NCBI GenBank assembly: GCA_048270185.1
Contig: JBLWTJ010000001.1
Location: forward strand, 1,600,001 to 1,664,000
Source of the DNA: Bacteriovoracaceae bacterium
Lineage (GTDB): Bacteria; Bdellovibrionota; Bacteriovoracia; Bacteriovoracales; Bacteriovoracaceae
Direction: 5' to 3'
DNA length: 64,000 nucleotides
The notes under the pieces: generated by a model
What the model saw: only the letters and a program-made list of their open reading frames with translations
What the model was told of the DNA's origin: nothing
Databases searched by the model: none
Made by a program: the position numbers and the translations under genes
Part shown: positions 18,891 through 29,394 of the stretch, piece by piece
Position numbering within the stretch: the stretch's first letter is position 1
Layout: each line of letters begins with the position of its first letter

Positions 18891-19887
18891 TTACTCTCCA
18901 ACGAAAAAACAATTTCTTTGAAATAGTCACAGCAAGGCCAAAGGCAACCCCTAGGCCAATGACAAAGTAGTCTATAGGAAGAAAGAAGACACTTAGAAAA
19001 TAAGTTCTGATTTTTGAATTATTGAGAATATATTTTAAAAAACTAAGATTTAAAAAATAGATTATACTTAAGAATGTGACTGACCAGAGTATAGGGAGAA
19101 GGAACAAGCTTAAAATTGTTAATGCACAAAAGAGTACCGATAATATTTCTCGATTCCCAGTATGATCAAATCCTTCACCTTTACTAAGATTTCTAAATAT
19201 TAATTTATTAAATAAGAACTGGACACGATCAGCGGAGCGTTCAAAGTCATTCTTTAATAACCCCTTTACAGTTAACTCTTTTAAGTGATCACCGCTAAAA
19301 TTAAGTTTCAGCTTTAATTTCTTATTCACTCTCAGGGCCCGTAGACCAAATTCAAGATCTTCAACTGAGGCCTTTTTAAAGTCTGAATTGAAACCACCTA
19401 TTTCTTCAAATGCTTTCTTTGAGATAGAAAAGATAGCACCGTGACAAATATGTGTATCATCCCCTAGTTGTTCATGGAGAAAGACACTTCTTAGATGAAA
19501 ATATATCGATGAGAAATTCTCGTAGTAAGACTTCTTATTATAGAAGCCAACTATTGAATCACAATTTTCTACGGCGTAGTACTTTCGAAGCTTTTCTATA
19601 GCGTCATCATTTAGTGCGATATCAGCATCCAAGAATAATAGATACTTTCCACGGGCCAATGAAGCCCCCTTATTACGCCCGAAAGCTGGCCCTTGATTTT
19701 GTTCATTACGATAGATTCTAATATTTAAATTTGATTTCGGTATTTGGACAGGAAAATCACTACAGTCATCAATTATGATGATTTCGAATAACCACTGAGA
19801 TCTAATCCGATCTAAAGATTCGATTGATTTTCTAAGTGTATTATCACAATTATAGGCAGGGATAATAATCGATAGGTCAAAACTCAT
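18877..19887 (-). CDS. Glycosyltransferase family 2 with C-terminal TM helices
   Basis: LSIIIPAYN, IIDDCSD, GPAFGRN, FLDAD, VEDLEFG; start at 19887 by TAATG coupling. Confidence 0.92.
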   Translation of the reverse strand: MSFDLSIIIPAYNCDNTLRKSIESLDRIRSQWLFEIIIIDDCSDFPVQIPKSNLNIRIYRNEQNQGPAFGRNKGASLARGKYLLFLDADIALNDDAIEKLRKYYAVENCDSIVGFYNKKSYYENFSSIYFHLRSVFLHEQLGDDTHICHGAIFSISKKAFEEIGGFNSDFKKASVEDLEFGLRALRVNKKLKLKLNFSGDHLKELTVKGLLKNDFERSADRVQFLFNKLIFRNLSKGEGFDHTGNREILSVLFCALTILSLFLLPILWSVTFLSIIYFLNLSFLKYILNNSKIRTYFLSVFFLPIDYFVIGLGVAFGLAVTISKKLFFRWRVNEAG

Positions 19888-21359
19888 TACTGAAAGTCGA
19901 TCCAAGTCTTCTTTGTAAAGAAGTGCTGAATGGCCCTTGCAATATTTTTAAGAATCATCCTTGCACCAGACTTGGCACAATAAACAAGATTACTTAGGGA
20001 GCTCGAATGAAGAATAATATGTCTAAAAATAATATGTGGTCTTAAATAAAATTTAAAGAAAGCACGACGTCTCATGGCCTCTAAATCTGCGGTTGTAAAC
20101 CCATCAGGAATATAAACAGGGATACTTGCACCCTCTGCAACCTCATGCCAAATCTCGTCACTAAACTTCCCTTCTTTAACACCAGCTTTAAAAACGGCAG
20201 ACCCAGGAAGAGGACTAATCATATTTGAATCGAAGATATCCGGATCAAGGGCCACTAGATAGTCAATCGTATCGTACATATCCTGCTTCGTTTCAGTAGG
20301 AAAGCCAAAGAGAATATATGTAATCGTAAGCATATTATACTTTCTTAGAATTTTAATTTTCTCAACGGCCTTAGGAAGGTTTAAGTTCTTCCCCATGGTC
20401 TTTTGAATTCTCTTTGAACCAGTTTCAATACCGAATTTCATATTGAGACAACCGGCTTCACGAGCAAGCCTTACAAGGTTTTCGTTTACACAATCAATAC
20501 GCGTTTCTACACCCCATTTAATTTTAAGGCCACGTCTTATAATCTCTTCACAAAGCTCACGAGTGTGCTTGACGTTTAGACTGAAGATATCATCTTTAAA
20601 GTCAATGTACTCAAAACCTTGAGCAACTCTTAATTCCATCTCATCCACAATATTACTTGGGCTTCGAAAGTTAAACTTTCCTAAATGCGTCAGTCCACAA
20701 AACGAACAACTAAAAGGACATCCACGCGATGCTACCATTGTCGTTGCTTTATATGTGTAGAGTGGAAAACTATAATCTTCTGCTGGAAGTTTCTGTATAT
20801 CTGGAAATTTAAACTTATCTAATTCTTTTTCAGATGCTGGAATAACACTATCTACAAATGGATGATCTGCGTGAAAAAGTCCTGCTGATTCAGGCTTACG
20901 ATTTTCAACGATACTATCTGCTAATTCAATAATGGCCGCTTCACCGTCACCACGCACGCCAAAATCGGCTTTCATATACTTAACAGACTTTGGACTGTGA
21001 GTGATATGTGGACCACCTAAAACAATCTTCGCTTCCGGATTAATTTCTTTAATTAACTTTATTAAGTTATTAGCTCCACGAATACAAAATGATGTGAAAG
21101 AAACACCGACTAGATTTGTTTTATAACTTGATAGATGTTCTTCAATTTTTTCGCGTAATTGATAATCCGTCCAACAATCGATTACCTTTGATTCATAACC
21201 AACTTCGCCAAGAGCAGCAGAAAGATAGAGAATACCTAGAGGTGGATAGTGTTGATCATTAAATTGTCCAGCTTCGAATAATTTATTATCCTCATCCAAA
21301 GTTTTTGGATGGGCCATAAGTAGTAATATTCCTAGCTCGCTCTTATTCATCTGGCTCAT
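19887..21359 (-). CDS. Cobalamin-binding-domain radical SAM protein
   Basis: PPLGILYL, GGPH, GDGE, SRGCPFSCSFC, GIETG, GFPTET. Confidence 0.92.
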   Translation of the reverse strand: MSQMNKSELGILLLMAHPKTLDEDNKLFEAGQFNDQHYPPLGILYLSAALGEVGYESKVIDCWTDYQLREKIEEHLSSYKTNLVGVSFTSFCIRGANNLIKLIKEINPEAKIVLGGPHITHSPKSVKYMKADFGVRGDGEAAIIELADSIVENRKPESAGLFHADHPFVDSVIPASEKELDKFKFPDIQKLPAEDYSFPLYTYKATTMVASRGCPFSCSFCGLTHLGKFNFRSPSNIVDEMELRVAQGFEYIDFKDDIFSLNVKHTRELCEEIIRRGLKIKWGVETRIDCVNENLVRLAREAGCLNMKFGIETGSKRIQKTMGKNLNLPKAVEKIKILRKYNMLTITYILFGFPTETKQDMYDTIDYLVALDPDIFDSNMISPLPGSAVFKAGVKEGKFSDEIWHEVAEGASIPVYIPDGFTTADLEAMRRRAFFKFYLRPHIIFRHIILHSSSLSNLVYCAKSGARMILKNIARAIQHFFTKKTWIDFQ

Positions 21360-21454
21360 ATTGTTAGCATCTTATTTGAAATCATGTTATATATAACTAT
21401 ACATTAAGTTTAGTTTATTTCTTACTATTTTGCTAACTTTTGACAGAGATGTGT

Positions 21455-22939
21455 ATGGTTGACCTAATACTTATACGTACTTACCGACCAATGGAAGAAG
21501 AGTACGGAGAGATGTCTGATTTCGTAGCTGTCGAGATCGCTAATGGTATATGCTGGTTAGCCGCCGTCGCACGTGAAGACGGCTTTAAAGTGGAAATAAT
21601 CGACGCTGAGGCCCTTCGCATTTCAAATGATGAAGTTATCGAAATTCTAAAACAAAAAAAGCCAAAAATAGTAGGCATTTACGCATGTACACCACAAATC
21701 TATGATGCTCACGATATCTGTGAAGAAGTTAAGAGATTTGCTCCAAATACAATTACACTAATTGGTGGGCCTCACCTAACCGCAGTACCAAAAGAAACCA
21801 TGGATCGACTTCCTGATTTTGATATTGGAGTCGTCGGCGAAGGTGAAGCGACTTGTAAGGAATTATTCACTGCCCTACTAACAGACCATGGAAAGAACCT
21901 AAGTGAAATTAAAGGACTAATTCTAAGAAAGAATGGTCACGTTGTCACAACAGGACCTCGAGATACAATTAGTGACCTCGACTCAATCCCTCTTCCGGCC
22001 TGGGATTTATTACCAGATCTTAAAAAATACTATATGGCCCCTGCCTATACAAGATCATCCGGAGCAACAGCTACAATTATTACTTCTCGTGGTTGCCCGG
22101 CCAAGTGTACTTTCTGTGACCGAAGTGTTTTCGGAAACTCTACAAGGTTTCACTCTGCAGACTATGTTATTAAAATGATCGAAACTCTTTATAACGATCA
22201 CGGTATTCGTCATATTCGTTTCTCAGATGACAACTTTCTTCTTAATCGACCAAGACTTAAGAAGGTATGTAATTATCTGATTGAAGAAAGACCAGATGTA
22301 ACTTGGTCATGTCTTTCTCGTGTTGATACAATACGCGAACCAATCATGCCTCTGATTCAAAAAGCTGGGTGTGTTGCTATTGCCCTCGGGATTGAATCAG
22401 GTAATCAAGAAATTCTAGATCTCGAGATGAAACGTTGTACTCTTGAACAGATGGAGACTGCAGTAGCACTATGTCGTAAGCATAAGATCAGCGTTATTTC
22501 ACTTAACATGCTAGGCCATCCAAAAGAGACACTAGAGACTATTAAAGAAACTGTCGACTTTAACAAGAAACTTAAAGTTGATGAGTTTAAATTAGAATTC
22601 CTTACACCATACCCTGGAACAGAACTATATAGAACGGCACACCTCTACGGTGAGTTTGATGATGACTGGAGAAAGTTTCATTCAATTAAAGAGCCGCTCT
22701 TTATTCCACATGGATTAACAAAAGAAGAGTTAATGAAAGCCTCTCAAATGGCCTATTTCTCTTTTTATACTCAACCAAGAATTATCTACGCTTACCTTAA
22801 AAAGCTCAGAAACTGGGCCATTATTAGGGCCATGTTCACAGCAGTGTACCTCTTACTTAAATGGAAATTATTGGCCATTATTCAACCACTAGATAAGAAA
22901 AGGGTAATTCCATTGAAATCTGGTGAATTAAATGAGTAA
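21455..22939 (+). CDS. Cobalamin-binding-domain radical SAM protein
   Basis: GGPH, GEGE, SRGCPAKCTFC, GIESG, GHPKET, PYPGT; start uncertain (21440, 21449 or 21455). Confidence 0.92.
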   Translation: MVDLILIRTYRPMEEEYGEMSDFVAVEIANGICWLAAVAREDGFKVEIIDAEALRISNDEVIEILKQKKPKIVGIYACTPQIYDAHDICEEVKRFAPNTITLIGGPHLTAVPKETMDRLPDFDIGVVGEGEATCKELFTALLTDHGKNLSEIKGLILRKNGHVVTTGPRDTISDLDSIPLPAWDLLPDLKKYYMAPAYTRSSGATATIITSRGCPAKCTFCDRSVFGNSTRFHSADYVIKMIETLYNDHGIRHIRFSDDNFLLNRPRLKKVCNYLIEERPDVTWSCLSRVDTIREPIMPLIQKAGCVAIALGIESGNQEILDLEMKRCTLEQMETAVALCRKHKISVISLNMLGHPKETLETIKETVDFNKKLKVDEFKLEFLTPYPGTELYRTAHLYGEFDDDWRKFHSIKEPLFIPHGLTKEELMKASQMAYFSFYTQPRIIYAYLKKLRNWAIIRAMFTAVYLLLKWKLLAIIQPLDKKRVIPLKSGELNE

Positions 22940-24476
22940 CGTTACACTTATACGTACTTCTTTAGTGCTATGTAAGGACTCCGCTTCCACCCACCAAGGA
23001 ATGCCTCCACTGGGAGTTGCTTATATTGCAGCAACTCTTAAGCAATATCATGATGTAACTGTTATCGATGCCTACGGTGAAGCAATTAATGACTTCCACG
23101 ACTTTCACCATGGAAAGTATTTAATCAATGGTCTAACACCACAAATGACGATCAGAAGAATACCAAATAACACAAAAGTTATTGGTATCTCTTGCATGTT
23201 CTCTAACGAATGGATCTATGCCAAGTATCTTATCAAGCTTATTAAGGAAGAATTTCCTGAAGCTGATATCATCATCGGCGGTGAACACGTAACAGCAGAC
23301 TACGACTATATTCTTGAGACTTGTCCACAGATTACGGCCTGTGTGCTTGGAGAGGGTGAGGAAACAATACTTTCAACAGTCAATGCGCTTGAAAGAGGAA
23401 CACCTCTCGAAGATGTTTCAGGTCTTGCTTTTATGAAAGAAGGCGCAATTCATAAAACAAATGCACGTACACGTATTAGAAATATCAATGAAATACCATG
23501 GCCTGCGTGGGATCTCATTCCCCTAGAAAATTATCTCAGTGCTGGACTTGGATATGGAAACTACGGCAATCGCTCTATCCCAATTCTAGCAACACGCGGA
23601 TGCCCATATAAGTGTACCTTCTGTACTAATCCTCAAATGTGGGGAACGAATTGGAATGCGCGAGAACCAGAAGATGTAATCAAAGAAATTAAGTACTATA
23701 TTAAAACTTATAAAATCGATAGCTTCGAATTCTTCGACTGGGTTGGCATTATGAATCGCAAATGGATTATAGCCTTTGCCAGCCTACTTATAAAAGAAGA
23801 TCTCGATATAAAGTGGGCCTATCCTACTGGCTCACGAACAGAAGCTCTTGATAAGGAAGTTCTAACACTTTTAAAAGAATCTAAGATGCGCTTTATTATC
23901 TATCCATCTGAGACAGGTTCTAAAAAAACTGTTGATCGAATAAAGAAGAGAATCAATCTTAAGAAGATGAAGAAATCAATGCGCGAATGTGTGAAACTTG
24001 ATATTCCATGTGAAGCGACACTAATCTTTGGTTTTCCAGGACAGACGATGTTTGAGGTCCTTGAAAGTTACCTCTTTCTTATTCAATGTGCATTTATCGG
24101 CGTGCATGAAATGACATGTTTCTACTTTGTACCCTATCCTGGAAGTGAGCTTTTCTTCCAACTATTGAAAGAAAAGAAAATTAAAAGAGAAGAAGGAAAG
24201 TATGAAGAAATGCTAGTGGACTTTGTTTACAATAGACCTTTCTCATTTAAGTCGTGGTCAGAACACATTCCAACATTCTTACTACCATTTTTAACAAATT
24301 TTGGAATGGCCTTCTTTTACATGCTGCAATTTACAATGCGTCCACATCGACTTTATATCGCACTTAGAAATATCATCCAAGGAAAGCCAGAAGGATTTTC
24401 ACAATGTATTATCTACGGCCTCTATATGAATATCGTTAAAGGCAGACGCCGCGCTAAGGCTTCAATCCCTCTTTAA
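22932..24476 (+). CDS. Cobalamin-binding-domain radical SAM protein (close paralogue of 7192-8736)
   Basis: PPLGVAY, GGEH, GEGEE, TRGCPYKCTFC, CEATLIFGFP. Confidence 0.92.
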   Translation: MSNVTLIRTSLVLCKDSASTHQGMPPLGVAYIAATLKQYHDVTVIDAYGEAINDFHDFHHGKYLINGLTPQMTIRRIPNNTKVIGISCMFSNEWIYAKYLIKLIKEEFPEADIIIGGEHVTADYDYILETCPQITACVLGEGEETILSTVNALERGTPLEDVSGLAFMKEGAIHKTNARTRIRNINEIPWPAWDLIPLENYLSAGLGYGNYGNRSIPILATRGCPYKCTFCTNPQMWGTNWNAREPEDVIKEIKYYIKTYKIDSFEFFDWVGIMNRKWIIAFASLLIKEDLDIKWAYPTGSRTEALDKEVLTLLKESKMRFIIYPSETGSKKTVDRIKKRINLKKMKKSMRECVKLDIPCEATLIFGFPGQTMFEVLESYLFLIQCAFIGVHEMTCFYFVPYPGSELFFQLLKEKKIKREEGKYEEMLVDFVYNRPFSFKSWSEHIPTFLLPFLTNFGMAFFYMLQFTMRPHRLYIALRNIIQGKPEGFSQCIIYGLYMNIVKGRRRAKASIPL

Positions 24477-25656
24477 AATAATTTTTAAGTTTAAATGCGA
24501 CAGACATCATACGAGCTTCACTAATTTTATTATGATTAGGAATAAAAAGAGCTTCTCTTTCAATTAACTTTGCATTTGGCAGATCATTATAAGAAATTAA
24601 ATAGCCGGCCCTAGTATCAATACCAAGTCTAATTAGATCAAATCGAGTTTTCTTAATATCATCGACTCTGATGACATAATTAAGATGGCTCGAAACTTTA
24701 ACTCTTTGATGTTTAATACCTAATTCATCAAAGACTTGATCTAAGATTTCACTATTTCGCTTTTGCCTTTTCATATTTTGAGAAAAGGATTTGAGATTCT
24801 TTAATGCTACTAAAGCAAAGAAAGGTGGTAATTTATATTCTATTGCTTTGATATCGACAGGTGTTGGCTTCTCAGTGACGATAGCATCAATGACTTGTGT
24901 CTTATTAAGAACGAGAAATCGCCATATGTAGACTGTTATGAGATTAAAAATAAAAGGTGATGTCGCAATATTAGAAACGATTCCTTTAATAAGAACTTTT
25001 AGATTATCTCCAAAAGATCTTTCTTTAAAATAAACAATCCTCTCTCTTGCAAAAGTATTTAATTCGCTATCATTTGTCAGTAGTACTCCACCACAAAAGC
25101 CAGAGATTGGCTTAGTAAGACTTAAGCTTGAAAAACTTGCCCAAATATTAGCGGAGTCTTCAGTAATAATACCAAGAGAGTGAGCAGCATCTTCAATAAT
25201 TGGGATAAATCTCTCATCTAGAAATGAAATGATATCCGCGTAGTCACAAAGACTCCCATAACTATTTGTCATGAGAACACAGAGAGTTTTATCAGAGATA
25301 AGAGTTTTAATTTCTTTATTTGAAATATTGAAAGTATCTTTTTCGATATCACTAAAGATAGGAACAAGTCCTAAGGCCTTGATCACTTCGGCCATCGCAA
25401 AGAAATTATAACTAGAAAGAATAACTTCATTCTTATCAGGATATTTATTCTTTAAGAATTCAAGGGCGAGAAAGAAACTTGCTCTAGCTGATCCAGTCGT
25501 TAGGACAAATTCTTTCTTTACAAGACTTGCAACAGCGCTTTCAAAATCCCTAATGAATTCAACTTTCTTTGAATTAAATATAAACTTTGTAATAACTCCC
25601 ATCCAATCAAGTGGTGAAAGATAGAGATTTACGCAATCACTTGCGACACGAGACAT
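24454..25656 (-). CDS. DegT/DnrJ/EryC1/StrS PLP aminotransferase, divergent
   Basis: SARAS, PIFSDI, IIEDAAHSLG, SLSLTKPISGFCGG (Schiff-base Lys). Confidence 0.82.
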   Translation of the reverse strand: MSRVASDCVNLYLSPLDWMGVITKFIFNSKKVEFIRDFESAVASLVKKEFVLTTGSARASFFLALEFLKNKYPDKNEVILSSYNFFAMAEVIKALGLVPIFSDIEKDTFNISNKEIKTLISDKTLCVLMTNSYGSLCDYADIISFLDERFIPIIEDAAHSLGIITEDSANIWASFSSLSLTKPISGFCGGVLLTNDSELNTFARERIVYFKERSFGDNLKVLIKGIVSNIATSPFIFNLITVYIWRFLVLNKTQVIDAIVTEKPTPVDIKAIEYKLPPFFALVALKNLKSFSQNMKRQKRNSEILDQVFDELGIKHQRVKVSSHLNYVIRVDDIKKTRFDLIRLGIDTRAGYLISYNDLPNAKLIEREALFIPNHNKISEARMMSVAFKLKNYFKEGLKP

Positions 25657-25658
25657 AT

Positions 25659-27179
25659 TTAGACCTTTTTTAGATAACTTTTAAATTGCTTAATTTTAAC
25701 AGAAATAAATTGATCCATCACATCTTCTTCGCTGGCCTTAAAAATATTTCGAATACGGCGATATAGCCTGATTGGCCTAAGAGTATATTGAAGTGCAAAA
25801 AACGAGAAGACCATCGTCATTTGAACAATTATTAAATGCCAATTCTTATAACCTTCATTATAGCTCTTTGAAGAGGCAGAGGCCCTAAGCAGTGTCGATA
25901 AGAAATACTGACGATCAAAAGTTATAAGACCTTTATTAACTAATTCTTTATAGAGTGGACTTCCAGGATATGGAGTAAAAATCATAACTCCAACACCATG
26001 AGCTCCCCAAAAAGCTGTCTTTAAGACAAAGAGATAAGACATAAGCATATCCCTCTTACGCTCACCAGGCAGACCTATAATAATATTATTATTAACAATA
26101 ATTCCGGCCTTAAGTGACATCTTCATAGCATCAATAAGCTTATTAAGCTTTAAGCGCTTTTGGATCTTCTTTAAGATATAGTCTGATCCTGACTCAGGAG
26201 CAAAAGCAAAGTTACGACAACCGCTTTCATAGAGAAGCTGAGTTATTTCTTCATCAAAAGCTTCAATTCGAGAGCCTTGAGGTAATTGCCAAGAGACATT
26301 GATATTTCGTTTTTTAATAAGTGCAAAAAATTCTCTGATCCACTTCTTATTGATAAATGATGTTAGATCATTAAAGTCGATATTTTGAATTCCATATTCA
26401 TTTATATAACTTTCAATTTCATTTACGACGTTCTCAGGAGAGCGAGTATTATACTTGGTTGTCCACATATTAACTGATGAACAAAATTGGCAACGATAAG
26501 GGCATCCACGACTCATAATCATTGGAATTGAGCGGCCACGATTAACTCCCCCAGAAAAACGATTATCCCAATACGCTTTAAGATTAAACTCTTTCCAAGA
26601 CGGAAGAGGTAATTCATCAATCGACTTTATTCTTGCTCTCTTTTCAGTGTGAACAATATTTTCACCTAGAACAAAGGCAAGTCCTGCGATATGAGAGAAA
26701 CCAGAATCATTTCTTATGGCCATAACTAATTCATGAAATGTTTCTTCCCCTTCACCAATAACGATATAATCAACTTCAGGTAAGTTTCTTAGAATATAAT
26801 CAGAGAAAGAAGAAGCATTCTCTCCTCCTAGGACAATCTTTACCTCAGGTCTTACACTTTTAATTTCACGAACTAGTCTTTCAATGATGAGATATTCATG
26901 AAGATACATATTTGTAATTCCAACGATATCACAATCATGTGGAAGCATCTGTGCAATCTCTTCAACACTTAGGCCGTGTTCTAATAATTCGAAGCCAGGC
27001 ATATCAACGGCCTTAAATGATTTCTTCGATTCTCCAATAGCATCAATGACACTAACGCTGATATTTTTCTTCTCTAAGTATGAAGCAATATAAGCAAGCC
27101 CCAAAGGAGGGACGGGCCCATAATAACTAAGGGAATTTTTCGCAATCCAATTGGGAGGATTTATTAGAACAACTTCCAT
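25659..27179 (-). CDS. Cobalamin-binding-domain radical SAM protein
   Basis: LINPP, PPLGLAY, GGEN, GEGEE, SRGCPYRCQFC, APESGS, PYPGS. Confidence 0.92.
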   Translation of the reverse strand: MEVVLINPPNWIAKNSLSYYGPVPPLGLAYIASYLEKKNISVSVIDAIGESKKSFKAVDMPGFELLEHGLSVEEIAQMLPHDCDIVGITNMYLHEYLIIERLVREIKSVRPEVKIVLGGENASSFSDYILRNLPEVDYIVIGEGEETFHELVMAIRNDSGFSHIAGLAFVLGENIVHTEKRARIKSIDELPLPSWKEFNLKAYWDNRFSGGVNRGRSIPMIMSRGCPYRCQFCSSVNMWTTKYNTRSPENVVNEIESYINEYGIQNIDFNDLTSFINKKWIREFFALIKKRNINVSWQLPQGSRIEAFDEEITQLLYESGCRNFAFAPESGSDYILKKIQKRLKLNKLIDAMKMSLKAGIIVNNNIIIGLPGERKRDMLMSYLFVLKTAFWGAHGVGVMIFTPYPGSPLYKELVNKGLITFDRQYFLSTLLRASASSKSYNEGYKNWHLIIVQMTMVFSFFALQYTLRPIRLYRRIRNIFKASEEDVMDQFISVKIKQFKSYLKKV

Positions 27180-27180
27180 T

Positions 27181-28596
27181 TTACCTCTGCTTTACCAGAT
27201 AGTATTTGAAGAAGTTATTAATGAGAAGAGTTAGATTCTTTACAGAGAAAGTATCAAGCACAAGTTTAAAAAATGGCCAGCGAAATAGATTGGCAAAAGA
27301 AGCATAACGAATAAGCTTACGTTGTTCTTCAACTGAAAATTCTTGATTATCAAGTAGTGCCTTTTGCTGACTATATTCGATAGTAAAATTTGATTTTGGA
27401 ATAAGGCCTTTCTCTAGCGCTTCATCATATAGCTGAGTACCAGGAAATGGAGAAGCTCCATAGAATTGAAAAGCACTTAATTTAAGTGACTTTGCAAATT
27501 CAATCGATTCTTTCGCAGAATGAATTGTTTCATTTGGAAGCCCTAAAATAAAGTGGCCAACCGTTTTGAGTCCGACTTTTTGAGCAGTTGCTACCGCTTT
27601 TTGCATTTGATCTTTATTGATACCTTTCTTTGATGCTTTAAGAATTTCTTCATTGGAAGACTCGAGACCAAAGGCAATCATCCAACATCCAGCATCCTTC
27701 ATGGCACGAGCGATCTCTTCATCAATAGTATCAACACGAGAATTACAGACCCAATTAATATTGAGCTCTTGAATCTTTAAGCATAGTTTTAAAACAAAGC
27801 GTTTATCGATCGTGAATGTATCGGCCCAGAATAGAAAATCTCTAACACCAAAGACCTCAACATTTCGCTTAATTTCATTATAAATTGAATCGACACTTCT
27901 TTTTCTAAGACTACTTCCATAGAAGCTTGGAGCAGTACAAAAAGTACAAGACCAAGGACAGCCACGAAGTGGTGCGATCATTAGATACGGTCTCCACTTT
28001 AATGGCAGTAAGTATTCTTTGAACTTGAAAAGTTCCCACGCTGGCTCACCAAGCTCATCAAGGTTACTGATAAACTTGGCCGGTTCATTTTTTTTAATCT
28101 CTCCATTATAGCGGAATGTGATTCCAAGCGATTTGAAATTGTATTCTTTACGTTGAATTTCCTGTGCTAATTTTAGAACAATATCTTCCGGCTCATTTCT
28201 GATGACGACATCAAGTTCAGGGCACTTTAATAGGGCCTCTTCAGATAGATTTGAAACGTGAGTCCCAATACAGGCAATATACACATTTGGTAGGCACTTT
28301 TTAATAAGGGCCACAACTTCTAAGTCAGAATTTATGCTTGGAGACCCAGTCGAGATAACAACGAGTTCCGGTTTATTATCAATCAGGTACTTTTGAAAGT
28401 TTTCACGAGAATGATGTCCAATAGAACCATCATACCCCAGGGCCTCAAAATGGTGCTTTTTAAGGTAGCCACCTATTGACGCGAGACTATAAGGAGGAAA
28501 AACCATGGACCATATACTGGCCTCTTGAGTACACCTTCCTTCACGAGTGTAACCTGTATTTTTAAATGAAGGTGGATTCAATAGAAGTATTTTCAC
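27181..28596 (-). CDS. Cobalamin-binding-domain radical SAM protein (HpnJ-like N-terminus)
   Basis: LLNPP...REGRC, GTH, NEPE, RGCPWSCTFC, GLESS, PFPGT; GTG start. Confidence 0.9.
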   Translation of the reverse strand: MKILLLNPPSFKNTGYTREGRCTQEASIWSMVFPPYSLASIGGYLKKHHFEALGYDGSIGHHSRENFQKYLIDNKPELVVISTGSPSINSDLEVVALIKKCLPNVYIACIGTHVSNLSEEALLKCPELDVVIRNEPEDIVLKLAQEIQRKEYNFKSLGITFRYNGEIKKNEPAKFISNLDELGEPAWELFKFKEYLLPLKWRPYLMIAPLRGCPWSCTFCTAPSFYGSSLRKRSVDSIYNEIKRNVEVFGVRDFLFWADTFTIDKRFVLKLCLKIQELNINWVCNSRVDTIDEEIARAMKDAGCWMIAFGLESSNEEILKASKKGINKDQMQKAVATAQKVGLKTVGHFILGLPNETIHSAKESIEFAKSLKLSAFQFYGASPFPGTQLYDEALEKGLIPKSNFTIEYSQQKALLDNQEFSVEEQRKLIRYASFANLFRWPFFKLVLDTFSVKNLTLLINNFFKYYLVKQR

Positions 28597-28605
28597 TATT
28601 TAGCC

Positions 28606-28635
28606 TTGAACTTTAAACAGATATACAATTATACT
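28606..28635 (+). promoter_or_regulatory. Sigma70-like promoter TTGAAC-N18-TATACT overlapping an opposite-strand TATAAT
   Basis: TTGAAC 28606-28611, TATACT 28630-28635; ATTATA 28628-28633 reads TATAAT on the minus strand. Confidence 0.45.
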
Positions 28636-28644
28636 ATACTCTAC

Positions 28645-29394
28645 ATGAGAAATAAGTCAAAAATCCCTTATAACCGCAGTGTTGCCCTTGCAATACCCTG
28701 TCTTAACGAAGAAAAAACTATTTCTGATGTCATAAAAAACAGTCGCTCACAAATTGAAGATATTAATGTCTATGTTTTCGACAATGGTAGTAGTGATAAT
28801 AGTATAAAAATTAGTGAAAATTCTGGTGCTAAAGTAGTCAGAGTTTCAAAACTTGGTAAAGGTCATGTCGTTCATGAGATTCTTTCCACGCTAAGTGAAG
28901 ATTTTATTATTATCGTTGATGGTGACAATACCTACGATGTGACAAATATCAACGCTCATATCAAAGAAATGATTGAAGAAGAAATCGATATGATTATTGG
29001 TCACCGCCAATATGCTAGTTGTTATTCTCATTCTAAAACAAGACGATTTGGAAATTATCTCATCAGTAGTCTCTTTAATCTGTTATTCGGCCAAGATTAT
29101 AGCGATATCTTGAGTGGCTATCGCATTGTTAACCAAAGAGCTGCAAAACTTACTCTACCAAAGACAAGTGGATTCGAAGTAGAAACACTATGGACGTATA
29201 ACTCATCTCAAAGTGATATCAAAATATGCGAAAGAGTAATTAACTATATTACCAGACCAGAAGGTAGTAACTCTAAACTTTCTGTATTAAAAGATGGTTG
29301 TCGTATCTCTAAGCTGATGATGAAGCTTTTCCTTTTTGGTAACGAAACACAATCCAAAGAGAAAGCAATAGAAGTAAGCCAAAGAGAAAACTGA
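28645..29394 (+). CDS. Glycosyltransferase family 2, DPM1-like polyprenol-phosphate glycosyltransferase
   Basis: AIPCLNEE, FDNGSSD, GKG, VDGDNTY, DILSGYR, GFEVET, RPEGSNSKL. Confidence 0.9.
   Translation: MRNKSKIPYNRSVALAIPCLNEEKTISDVIKNSRSQIEDINVYVFDNGSSDNSIKISENSGAKVVRVSKLGKGHVVHEILSTLSEDFIIIVDGDNTYDVTNINAHIKEMIEEEIDMIIGHRQYASCYSHSKTRRFGNYLISSLFNLLFGQDYSDILSGYRIVNQRAAKLTLPKTSGFEVETLWTYNSSQSDIKICERVINYITRPEGSNSKLSVLKDGCRISKLMMKLFLFGNETQSKEKAIEVSQREN

Noticed and set aside
27181..28596. Hopanoid tailoring gene hpnJ
   Set aside because: Only the N-terminal style is similar; no squalene-hopene cyclase or other hpn genes are in the window.
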